Shown here: positions 13,409 through 24,893 of the stretch, piece after piece
How positions within the stretch are numbered: the first letter of the stretch is position 1
Layout of the letters: each line of letters opens with the position of its first letter
Program-made: the position numbers and the translations under genes
Notes under the pieces: model-generated
Told to the model about the DNA's origin: nothing
What the model saw: the letters and a program-made list of their open reading frames with translations, nothing else
Databases searched by the model: none
Origin: Balanoglossus misakiensis
Taxonomy: Eukaryota; Animalia; Hemichordata
Assembly: GCA_040954595.2 (NCBI GenBank)
Contig: CM082583.2
Span: forward strand, 1,932,925-1,996,924
Direction of reading: 5' to 3'
DNA length: 64,000 nucleotides

Positions 13409-14699
13409 TACACACAAATTATTCATTAAATAATCTTATTTAAATAACTCGAAAAATATAAAATGAATAAGTACAACCATTGAAAGATTCTTTTGTCTAA
13501 CGGTGACCAATTAAACGACCAACAGAAAATACAACATTCCACCAAAAGATAATAGACTGACAATTAATAGTACTGGGATTTGCATGCAATAATTCTATAG
13601 CTAGCGTTAAAGTTTTCAAGGAACAGTCACGTATTACCTCACAATATTGTCCTGACGAGTTAGAAGAAGAAAAACTCCATGAAATTTCCAGCTCGAGGGT
13701 GGCGTAATCGGGGATCCATAAATAAGGGCAAATTCAAGTTCTCGAAATTCTAGAATAGACCACACAGAATACCCAAAGACCGGATCCAGGACGCCGGGTT
13801 CACATGTGGTGTACTAACGGAACTTCAATGCTCCAAGAACACTACTTTCTTGAAAGACCGCTGGAACATACGACAAGAATCCTTGATGATGGTGACGGGA
13901 CGACATGTAAGGTAGTAAAGCACGAGGTCGGATGGAAACTGGTCAATGTGGCCGGAGACAACACGTGGCATAGTAACCTTTTAGAAATAACGGCGAGGCA
14001 ACGTGGCAATGTACGTTTTTTATACGACTAAAATACATAATTAATTAACACCTGGATACGCGGTGTGTTGAACAAAGGAATAAAAGTGAGGTTGACCTGG
14101 TCATTGAACCATTGGACACATGGACAACATAACACGCTAAAAAAGCAAAACAAAACAGAACACTATTTACTTGATAACAAATCATGGCTTACACTTAGTT
14201 TTCTAGTTGCTGAATACGAGAAATGACTTAAAAATCTAAACACATGAAGCAAATCTAGCCATATGCGTAACTTTCGGAAAATGTACAGGACGTAAGACAG
14301 AAATTGGTACATAAAAACAAAAGCACAATTTGTTCGACGCTTGTGGTCTTCCTGCGCTTGGCGCACAGTGCGCCCTCATGCGACCGAATCGAATCATGGG
14401 AATGGGAACATGGTGACTGTCGCTTATTTTGGTCTAACGTAACCATGGTTTCCTGTCGTGAAACCTTATGTTCTACACATTGTTGTCCGTGGGAGTGGCA
14501 TCAGTTTGCGTTCAGGTGAGAATTGTTTGCTCTGCCTCCGCGTATGATTCGAAAAACGCGTTTACAAAGCAAAACGGATATCGATACTTCCGGTTTGTAA
14601 TGTGCGATCGCTTATACACGGCTAGCTCTGCGTACTGTACGCACAGCTCGAGCTCCTATGTTTCAAGTCTCTGTGTTCGGACCAATCATTACCTCATTA

Positions 14700-15200
14700 G
14701 GGACTGGTCAGTTTCTTCAGCATGGGGGATTGATTCTATGTTGTGGATATCAAAAGTGAGTGACACCCCCTCCCATGTCAACTTTCACAAACTGTAATTA
14801 TCCCCCCCCCCAGCGATTTTGTGATTTGTTTGTAAAATTCAGAGCTCAAAGCTGAATTTTAATGAACTCAAAAGCAAATCAACTCAACAATGTTGGGGAG
14901 GGCAAATTTTACCTTTGCCCCACAAACTCAACATATGTAGGGGGGGGGGGGGCAAGTACCCTGCTCTGTACTGCCTGCTAAAGAATCAGGGGGGTGGGTG
15001 TCCCCTCCCACATTAGATAATTTTCTAATTTAAGAGCTCGAAACTGTATTTTTGTGGACTCAAAAGCAATGTTTAGTCCCTAATTCAACATTTCCAAAAC
15101 AAGGTGAGCCCCCCCCCCCTCTCATCACCCAATTCCAAAACAGGGTGACCCCTCCCCCCCCCCCCCCAGGCTGAAGAACCGACCAGTCCAGTCCAGTCCC
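14700..15200. mobile_element. Harbinger-like MITE, family 2
   Basis: GGGACTGGTCAGTTTCTTCAGC ... GCTGAAGAACCGACCAGTCC(AGTCCAGTCC)C with TTA on both sides. Internal sequence resembles family 1. Confidence 0.8.
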
Positions 15201-16956
15201 TTAGTAGGCTCATGACTTTAATGTGAAGTTAAAGACAGGTATACATTCTTCAGTATTGTGGAGGAAACCGACAGTTTTGGGGGACCAGACACGGATTAAT
15301 TGTAACTGTTTCACCAGCGAAGACATCAATGTATAGTGCTACAAACATCAAAATGTAGTGACATTTGGACGTCAATAAAATCAGCATTTTTTCCCTTCCA
15401 CCAGACCCAGACCCAGTTCAACGATGCAAGGTGAAATAGATTGTGTCCATCAAATCCTGACAACAACCAGATGCTTAGTATCTACATAGGAAATGTATTT
15501 GCAGAACAATGGTGAGTTTTTGGCTGAGGCCTATGGCCAGCAAATAGTTAAATAATAACACATGTTTTATAACAAGGGCAATATCATGATTTTTAGCCTG
15601 CACGCAAGGGGTGGTGATCTCTGACCATAATGTTGATGATGCCCAAGCAGAGAGCACCAGCCTGAGGGCAGGCAGGAAATCATGATGTTTTCTGAGCATT
15701 TTGAGTTATTCATTTTCTTACACAGAATATTTGGTACATGAAGCATAGAACATTAAATTTAGAGTTGTGTGTCCAGGGTCGTTAATTTTTGGAGAACTGT
15801 AGCTGTAGGCCTACTTTCAACACCGAGAATTTTGAACAACTGTTGGTTAAAATTCTGATGTGTTTACTATCCATTTGCAGTAAAATATCATCGAACTGAA
15901 TAGGTTAAGGTGTGTTGGTCTTTGAAGCCATAGATGCCGGAGATTGAGATTGATTCTAATGACAATTTGTCATGTGCAGAAAAGATGCACACTACAGAAC
16001 TTGAAAATCATCCCCAGTAGGCTGTAACCCCTAGCTACCATGTTTTTCTTTATGCTCCCCACACACGGTCTAGTAATTTAGTTTCTATTTTTGAAATTTT
16101 GCTATTTGCAAGTTAAAGGACTCTAACCGTGGCAGCGTAGGTCAATGCTTACCATGTGATCATGAACATTAGAAGTCATTATACAACCTGATCTACTACT
16201 GATTGACTGAATTAATGAGCAGGGGTGTTGCTCAATATCAGTGACCTTAAGTTGCCATGGCTGGAGTCCTTTGACAAGCAAATAGGAAATGTAGCAAAAT
16301 TTCAAAGATGGAGACCAAATTGCTAAACCCTGTGTGGAGCATAGCATAAAAAAACACAGGAGTCTGGATTCTAGACAATAAACTTACAGGAATGCAATTA
16401 GTGTACAGTACAGATTTCAATTTCCCTTCATTGTACATGTACCTGCTGCCCCACAGCAGCAAATCTTTGAACTACAACTGTGCGTTTGATCTCTGATTTT
16501 ATGCTTTTATTTAAATTTTCTCTCCAAGGTCATGGTGATATTTGTGGTGACCTCGATTTGTGCTGTGTGTATATATTGGTGAAATTGCTGGCTGTTGACC
16601 CATGGTTGTGTATAAAGAGAGGCTTTCCGAAATCCCAGCCATTGCAGACGGTAGGTTGCAATGAAACTTGTGTTGTTCATTTTCAACAAGGTACATTTTT
16701 TTATGTGATCTTGTAAGTGTTGCTGTTAGATGTTATAGCATCATAAAAGCTAGTTGGAAGGTTGGAGGAAAAATTGCTGACACACTTTTGAAGGATGTTT
16801 TATACCAAGATTTGTTAATTTCAACCAGAAATTGTGCATTGTTTTTGCAAAATGGAGTCAAATAAGATTTTTGTAAGATCCGCAAAAGTGCTGTGTAAAA
16901 TAACAGCTGTCTACTGTATACGATCAGCATCAAGTATATCTGGGCTTTAAGAAAAT

Positions 16957-17765
16957 ATTATTATACATCTGGCACCGAGAACAATAGAATTTAGCGTGCG
17001 CTAAAAAAGCCGTACGGAACGGTACGTACGGAACGCATGTTAAATAAGTCTTCAGTTTCAAGGCGCCCCAACTCACCGTGTACAGGTATGCGTTGTTATG
17101 CGGACGGTTTCAAGACACCCCCACTCCAACGCACGCGCACGTACGTAAACAAAAAAGAAAGATGGCTGCTCACTGAGTCAACTGAGCGGTTTTCGATCGA
17201 TTGTATCGGCATTTTGGGCGTTTTGGAAGCCAAGTAACATGCAACGCAAGAACTAACGGAGATGTAAGATGTATAATAATAAGGTTATTACGAAAATACC
17301 GCAAAGTATGCACTCGGACATTAGCGCAGCGCATCGCCCTCCGCTGCGCGTCGGGCGATACTTGACGCTAATGTCCTCGTGCATACTTTGCGGTATTTTC
17401 GTAATAACCTCATATTATTATACATCTAGTGCCGAGAACAATAGATTTTGGCGTGCAATAAAAAGCCGTACGGAACGGTACGTACGGAACGCGCGTTAAA
17501 TAAGTCTTTAGTTTCAAGGCGCCCCAACTCACCGTGTACAGGTATGTGTTGTTATGCGGACGGTTTCAAGACACCCCCACTCCAACGCACGCGCACGTAC
17601 GTAAACAAAAAAGAAAGATGGCTGCTCACTGAGTCAACTGAGCGGTTTTCGATCGATTGTATCGGCATTTTGGGCGTTTTGGAAGCCAAGTAACATGCAA
17701 CACAAGAACACAACGGAGATGTAAGATGTATAATAATAAGGTTATTACGAAAATACCGCAAAGTA
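16957..17765. mobile_element. About 1.8 head-to-tail copies of a 456-bp Crypton-like non-autonomous element joined through a ~160-bp palindrome
   Basis: ORFs ending at 17237 and 17693 give the 456-bp period. Hairpin 17268-17427 (TTATTACGAAAATACCGCAAAGTATGCAC ... GTGCATACTTTGCGGTATTTTCGTAATAA) has the GC-rich core GCCCTCCGCTGCGCGTCGGGC. Family is inferred from this architecture. Confidence 0.6.
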
Positions 17766-19685
17766 GTTTCTTAAAACTGATGACGTATCTTCCCCACTTC
17801 CCTCTTTTGAGGGTCCAGATTATCACAGAAAACAATGGATTTGGACAAAACCATGGTGGTGAAAGGGTTTATCTGCACCGCATGGAAGGCTATTCAGTTC
17901 CTGAATGAAATATCCATGTTCTTCTTTTCTCGTTTGTAGGAGATTTTCACTGTCACTCCACGGCGACGGTCTGGAGGTAACTTCTTTCGCTTCGGTTCGG
18001 CCCAGCTATACTGGAAACACCAGGTGCAGGAGCAGAAGAGAAATGTCTTTGACAGACACGACATGTTTAGTTGAAGAGTTGCACCCTTGTCTTTGATCTG
18101 CCATACTCAGTTGAAGGCATGTTCTTGTGTCTTTCAAAAGAGCAGTAAATTATGGCAGACAGTTTGCTTAGACTTTGATATTGTGTTACCCTGTACTGCT
18201 TGTTACTTCCACTGGACATTTCCCACAATTCAGTCTGACAATGATTAAGGTTAGGGATGGGGATGTTTTCTGACATTTCTGAATTCCACTATGGAATTGT
18301 TGTAGCATGAGCATTATGTATTTCATGAAACCTGTCCTTTCAGACACCTCCGTAATCAGAACACATCTCAATTTAATAAGGACAGATTTTTCAAGACAAA
18401 AGCTACAATTTAAATACCTTTGTATTACCTACATGCACCTATCTGTTAAGGGCAGATTTTGTCTTGAAGGTGTCCTTAATAGACATGTGTCACTATATGT
18501 TCAGGTTAAAAGCATCCATTTATTAGCCAGCATATCTGTGACCTACAAAACAATGCATGCTATATCTTGTACTCACAGACCCTCAGGGTAAAAAAATGTA
18601 TGATAAGGCAGAATATATTCTTTATTTGAGCAAAAAAGCCACATTGGTGTTCCAAATAAAAACTGCATTGGTATCATTCTAGTTCTGTGATGCTGGTACC
18701 TCTGTGTACTATATATTGAATCATTCCAAAATCTTCAACCATGCAAACTTAAAACAGATGGAGAAATATATTGGGTTGTCATGTTTTGTGGTATGGCCAC
18801 ATATCTGTATGTAATTTGTGTAGTTATGTTTTGTGTCGGTCAGTGTCCCTGTACTGGATTGACACAAGTTATATTTGTGATGTCATCACTTGAATGTCAG
18901 GTGACAGTGTCTTCCCAGATCTAAATGCAAAACTGTGAGTGTTAAAAAACAAAAGGGTGTTGTCGTTTAGCGACAATCATAGCAAATTGGCTCTTTTGGA
19001 TTGGATATGGTTTAGTGTTAGGGTTCTGTATGTTGGAAATGATTGATAATAAATTCATTGGAAGTAATCAATGTACCTTTATAGACTAGAAGACCTAATC
19101 AGCACAAATATAGCATGTATATATTGTTTCATATTTTGTGCTGATACGTTTCTACTTCTAGAGTTAGTATTGGAGTATATAAATATTTTATCTTGTGAGA
19201 AGGGTTTATTTATGTCAGGAATTTCTGCCATATTACATGTTGTGTTGTAATGATATATTTAAAAAAGCAATATAGTAAAATGAATACTGTGTTTAGATGA
19301 TGTGTGTTTTTTTCGTATTAAAGCCCAAAAATGAAATTGTATCAGATACCAAAGTTGATAAATCTGTATCACTTTCCCTGACCATTCAAGCACTGATCGC
19401 CTTGGAAACAAGTGAGGAACTTTGCTGTATTTTAACATGAACATTGGTTTTGCTGGTTGCCTGTATCTAGTCCCCCATACATTTCCATCATGCACTTCAC
19501 ATATTGATATTGGACTTGAATTAGTTGATATCACAAGAGAAAGTTATTTGCTAAATGAGAATCTGTCACCAGTTCTTTGTAGTCTCCATTGGTTGCTAGT
19601 TGACAAAGACTTGACTGCAAATTTATACAAAGCTATCAACTGTCTTGCCCCAGTCTGCATTCAGGATCTGATCACGCTGTATTAT

Positions 19686-20935
19686 CACAGGGGCGCTACC
19701 TCCATGTTTTTATTGTGTTTATGTGTGTGTTTGTGTGGGTGTGTGTGTGTTTGTGTGGGTGTGTGCGCACGCTCGTGTGTGTGTGTGTGTGTGTTGTTAT
19801 TGATTGGCATAATAAAATGTTAGGGTATCTTCAAATGTTTGTTTGGTGTTATTGATTGGCACAATAAACATACAATTATGGTCACGTTTGTTTGTTGACA
19901 TTTTACGGTATATTAAACAGTTAGGGACCGTTCAGTTTTTACGGCCGGGGAGGGGGGGTCACTTAAATTTAGAAGTCAAAAAGGGGGGGGGGTCATCTGT
20001 TATTTTTAAACGTTTAGGGGGGGGGGGTCACATACTTTTGCCGCCAAACTTTTGCTTTTGAGTCCACAAAATTGCGGTTTCGCACCCTTTATTTTACAAA
20101 ATTTTCTAATGTGAGAGGGGGACACCCCCTCCCACACCCACCCCTTCATTCTCCGCCACATTTCATTTTTTTCCTGGTTTGTCTAGTGTACCAGGGCAGA
20201 GTGCTTGCCACCCCAACCCCACGGATGATAATATTTAAACAAGTAAATACATCAAGGAGAATAATCGTTTAAACCATTTCGCATATCTTGATGGTTTCGT
20301 GCTGCATCTTCTATATACTAGAAGTTTTATAAATGATGTCATGACGAAGATGTCGCCAAATCGTCTAACTTTGAGTGGGTGGTAAAAAGTAAAATTGGTC
20401 CTCCCAAACATTGAGATAATTTGCTTTTGAGTTCATTAAAATGCAACTTTGCGCTACATATTTTACAAAATTTTCTTTCACGCCCACCCCCGCCACTTTT
20501 CTTGTTTTACCAGTTCTAACAACTATTGTATTGACTTGTCATTTTATTTTGTTCATAGATTTCTTTATTGCAACGATATATATACGGGTACTTCAATTAC
20601 TTTAAGAAATTTATAATTGAGGTGTTAGGAGCATCATTCCCTTTATTGCATACGGTGTACATAGGATTAGGACGGCGAATGTTTTCAGCACAGGGGGGGG
20701 CATCATATTTTTGGGTCTGTCAAAGAGGGGGTCATCATTTTTTGCTCCTGGGTGAAAGGGGGGGGGGGGTCGGCCTGATTTTGAGAACCGATGACACAAA
20801 CTTGCCGCCCCCCCCCCCCCCAGCCGTAAAAACTGAACGGTCCCTTAGGTTAGGGTGTATTCAATGGTTAGGATTAGTGTTGGGATATTTTCGTGGAGCA
20901 CACACAATAAAAGCATACAGGGAACGCCCCCTGTG
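19686..20935. mobile_element. P-element-like MITE with a 7-bp TSD; hosts a Harbinger MITE
   Basis: Termini CACAGGGGCG ... CGCCCCCTGTG. GTATTAT is duplicated at 19679-19685 and 20936-20942. Contains a (TG)n tract. Confidence 0.65.
19924..20844. mobile_element. Harbinger-like MITE family 1, internally deleted copy
   Basis: Same TIR as 4302-5478, TTA TSD (19921-19923, 20845-20847); lacks about 250 bp of internal sequence. Confidence 0.9.
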
Positions 20936-21326
20936 GTATTATTAGCCTCGAGATCTAAGTCAAAGAACCAGTTGTGTAGACCAAACAGACTCAAAATATG
21001 GTGAACGTGCCTGTATCGTTGTGCCACAACTTTGAAATTCTCTGGGATCTGCTATTCAACAGGCTTCTGGAATTAACATCTTCAAACAAAAACTCTGTTA
21101 ATTAAAAGCTTTATATAGCTGAAAAATTCATGGAAATTTGTTCACATTCTATAATGGTATCTATGATTTGAAGTTTGTTGAAAGTGTTGTAATATTAAAC
21201 ATTTACTGGTGAAAGCTTAAGCATACAGATTTATGGATTTCGCCCAATGCCTTGTCAATATTAGTCAAGCAAATGCACATAGCTTTTCGGATGGCAATTT
21301 TTAAGGGGAAGATTTTCTAACATTTA

Positions 21327-22143
21327 GGCTGCATTCACAAACACCTCTGGAGGGGGGGGGGCGGGAGAATTCAATTTTTTTCACCGCTAATTTTCACATG
21401 CCCCCCTTCCGAACTGCCAATATTTTCAAATCCCCCCCCTTCCGAACTGCCAAAATTTTGAATTCCCCCCCCCCCCCATTTTCTTTCACAGAGCAAAACA
21501 CATCACCTATCTTGTAAAAAGAAAAACAGCGCTCCCATGAAAAGAATTTGAAACTGATGTTTCCCCTCATCAGCGGGTATTAAAACTGAACATTGTTTTG
21601 ATTTTTTAAGTACATATATTTGTATTCTGTGTTGGGAGACATTGTAAACCAAGAATTGAAGGGGGTGGGTTTGGGAGGGGGTGTCCCCCTCCCACGTAAG
21701 AAAATTTTCTAAAATACAGAGCTCAAAGCTGCATTTTAATGAACCCGGCAAAAGCAAATTAACTCAACTACGGGTATGTTGGGAGGGGGGGGGACAAATT
21801 TAACCGTCGCCGCTGAAAGTTATCATGGGGTGGGGCAAGTCCCCTGATCTGGGACACTAGATAAACCAGTCAATGATTGAAAGGTGTTGATGAATGGAGG
21901 GGATGGGTGTGGGAGGGGATGTCCCCCTCCCACATCAGAAAATTTTGTAAAATAAAGGGCGCGAAACTGCATTTTTGTGGACTCAAAATAAATAGTAAGT
22001 CGTTAAAGTTTTCAAGTCCCCCCCTTTCAGTCCCTAAATTATTTCAAATCCCCCCCCTTACATACCCTCAATTTTTTCAAATCCCCCCCTCAATTCTCCT
22101 GCCCCCCCCCCCCCCCCCTCCAGAGGTGTTTGTGAATGCAGCC
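21327..22143. mobile_element. Harbinger-like MITE, family 3
   Basis: TIR GGCTGCATTCACAAACACCTCTGGAGGGG ... CCCCTCCAGAGGTGTTTGTGAATGCAGCC, TTA TSD. Confidence 0.9.
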
Positions 22144-23490
22144 TTACACTTGTACTCAAGCACTACAATGCAGAAATCTCCTTTACTCTGGGATGGGTTC
22201 AAAAAGAATGCGCACAACACACCGTCTTTTGTTTCTCAGAGCAAGTGACATGGATATGTAAAGATTGCATCAAAGTCCTTTCAGTCTGTAGTGGGACCGT
22301 TCCCCGTATAGACGTCATGGAACAACATGATATGACCACTCCATGATATAACAGACGTAGCTTCACCGTAACGCCCTCAACGACAGAAGAATATATTATG
22401 TTGTTGTTTTTCGGCGAGAACGTGAACTGCAGTCATGATCGACATACCACTTGTACATTTTCACCAGGAGAATATCTTCTTTCTGCTGTTTTTTTCCGGT
22501 CCGCTGTCAAGACGTTGATGTGGTTCAGCTGGACGTTCAAATGTGCGAACGAATGTAGTTATCAACTGCCAGAACTGAAAGCTGATGGCGCCATCTACAA
22601 CGAAAGATGAAGTTCAGTGTCCATGCTTGTATTACAAAATCCAAAATAAAACAAGATAGCGATAATCGAACACCTTAGTAGTCATAAACAACGACAGTGT
22701 TCTTTAACAAGGTTTTCGCATTAAATGTCAGCATATTAAAATCATAACCGACTTGGGTGCTCGTGTATACATGTGCCTGTTAAATATATCGAGAAAGTTA
22801 AATACTACGTCCATGGGTCTTTTGGATCAGTCAGCTATCATGATACATGTATTTATGGTTTAGAATGTCACTTGTTGCACGTTACAAAGCTACACTATTC
22901 ACCATTCATGGACTTTGCGACCATCACATGCGTATGGGTTGGGTTTCCAGTATTTTCTGATATGATACAGCATATTTCCACTGATAATTAAAAATACGCG
23001 TTGTAAGTTTCACCGTCCGAACAAATGCACAGAGGTCAAACATACAAGGTTCGTGATGGCCTCGCGGCGTGTTTAGGTTCCAGTATCCGTCCAGACCAGA
23101 AACCAGAAAAGTTGGTCGCTTGAAAAGACAAGAGATTCAAGTACTTCAAACGTATACCTTTGCGACAACAAATTGATTTAGAAGATTTGGTGTACAACCT
23201 AAGTATACACCGATAAAATTGTTTTCCACAAAATGTAGAAACGCAACATGCGGACTGATCACTGATGTGGGTCATTGTATTGTAAAAGAGTCAACCATGA
23301 CCTATATTTCGATGGCATTGTATCTCAGTATACCTTTTACCCGCAAACGCTACTATTGATCCATGTCAAGTTTCGTCAAATTTGACGCAAGAACACTAAA
23401 TTAACAAGATTCACTGCACGAATTAAGATTTTACTCAAATTATTCATAAATTACAAAAATAACATGACGGAGCTAAAAGTCTTCTAGTTA

Positions 23491-23743
23491 GGCCAAATAA
23501 AAAATATGTTCTGTTCCGATTACCCGACCTACCCTAATTTTAGCCCTCCGACCCTAAACTTTTTAGAGCTTCGTAAACCGGAAGTAAAACAATGATGCCA
23601 AATATACAAAATGTATGAATAGCGAGAATCACGCAAGAACTATGACGCCATTATTCTATACTACGGCGGCCGAAGATATAACCTACCATATTTTTGAAAA
23701 CCATGTAATCGGAACGGCACATGTTATTTTTGGGGAGGGGGCC
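23491..23743. mobile_element. Small Harbinger-like MITE, family 4
   Basis: TTA-GGCC...GGCC-TTA ends, subterminal TTCCGATTAC/GTAATCGGAA, internal CCGACCTACCCTAA. A homologous copy lies near 35116-35377. Confidence 0.7.
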
Positions 23744-24045
23744 TTAGCACATACCGTCGTCAGATAAGTCTGATAGCCTATACATGTACATCACTGATAA
23801 GCAAAGTGTATTACATTTTGAAATTTGCAGTTTACTGATCCGATAGTGCAGCATATGGAGAGGTTAATACCGTACGCCGATGAGGCGGACTGAGTGTGTG
23901 TACTAAAAAGCTGTCAAAAAAGTTGACATTACACAGTTTTATACCAGTTTACCATGGTCAATGTGTACCCGGATTCTAGGGAGTAAGGAAATGACACCGT
24001 TTGTGCTCACTAGGCACTGTTAAGGTTGAAGAACTGGTGTGAAAT

Positions 24046-24141
24046 TTGCCTCTCCAGAGGGCGCCGTCAATGACCTTTGGCTCTTCAGAGATGCGTCTCT
24101 GAAAAGCCAAAGGTCATTGACGGCGCCCTCTTGAGAGGCAA
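24046..24141. repeat. 96-bp near-perfect palindrome (hairpin)
   Basis: TTGCCTCTCCAGAGGGCGCCGTCAATGACCTTTGGCT...AGCCAAAGGTCATTGACGGCGCCCTCTTGAGAGGCAA. Confidence 0.9.
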
Positions 24142-24274
24142 GTGTGACATCTGACTTCGTTATTCATTTTCACTTACAGTACTGAAGTTTACCGACGCCC
24201 TTTAAAAACCCTCAGTTCATAGGCGGAATTGACTATGCGGAGGCTTAATGAGGTCACAGAAGTAGTTTTTTTAT

Positions 24275-24390
24275 TTTATACCTGTAATTTTTTTTCATGC
24301 CTGTAATAAAAATTTCATACCTGTAATAAAATTTCATACCTGTAATAAAAATTTCATGCCTGTAATTAAAATTTCATGCCTGTAATTTTT
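24275..24390 (+). repeat. Short tandem repeat of ~20-bp units (TTTCATRCCTGTAATAAAAA)
   Basis: About six units read directly; the motif recurs inverted and direct at 26760-26870. Confidence 0.85.
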
Positions 24391-24744
24391 TTTTTTTACT
24401 TTCGTGACCTTTGAACCTACAAGATCTGCTCAGCTCAGCTGAGTTCAAGTGTGATATTGCGGTCAAAATTCAGCAACTAAGTATTCAAAGCCGCATCACC
24501 TCGCTCATGGATATGCCTATTGTTAAAGGAATGGGTCCGGGCTTTTGGAGGCGCATCCGGACGCAAAGCCTATTCTCCTCGTGCTTGAGCCCATTATTAC
24601 CGAGTTGGGTATCCCCCCAATCCTTAAAATACAGTCAAACCAAGTAACAAACAAGTTACCACTACAAACACACCCACAACAAAAGCCTTTGAAAATCCAA
24701 TTAAATCATTGAGGTTCTCATATCTTTTTGTGTTCTGCTTTTCG

Positions 24745-24893
24745 TCGTTCCACACCTCCCTGTGCTTATGAATTCCCCCGGCGACAAATTCATGTGGGTT
24801 TCTAAATGATAGTAGTGCGGGCGACACTTTCTTGTTGGATTTACGAACCTCATCGACATTGATAACGGGTCTCCTGTCGAGGGGCGCCCTCAA
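24745..24893 (-). mobile_element. Possible DIRS/Ngaro-type retrotransposon fragment (region just upstream of RT)
   Basis: LSFRNPHEFVAGGIHKHREVW resembles the FR.P..F.AG..H...W motif preceding RT in tyrosine-recombinase retrotransposons. No RT follows. Confidence 0.4.

Larger units (their letters stand above)
19555..21095 (+). mobile_element. Degraded L2/CR1-group LINE 3' end, split by nested MITEs
   Basis: LSPVLCSLHWL..YKAINCLAPVCIQDL (19560-19680) continues after the inserts as LRSKS..KYGERAC..PQL*NSL..IFKQKL (20945-21095), the typical L2/CR1 ORF2 C-terminus. Confidence 0.75.

Noticed and set aside
17780-18300. Possible coding exon or further VWA7-like exon (NHGG)
   Set aside because: Stop codons in the frames examined and no convincing family motif.
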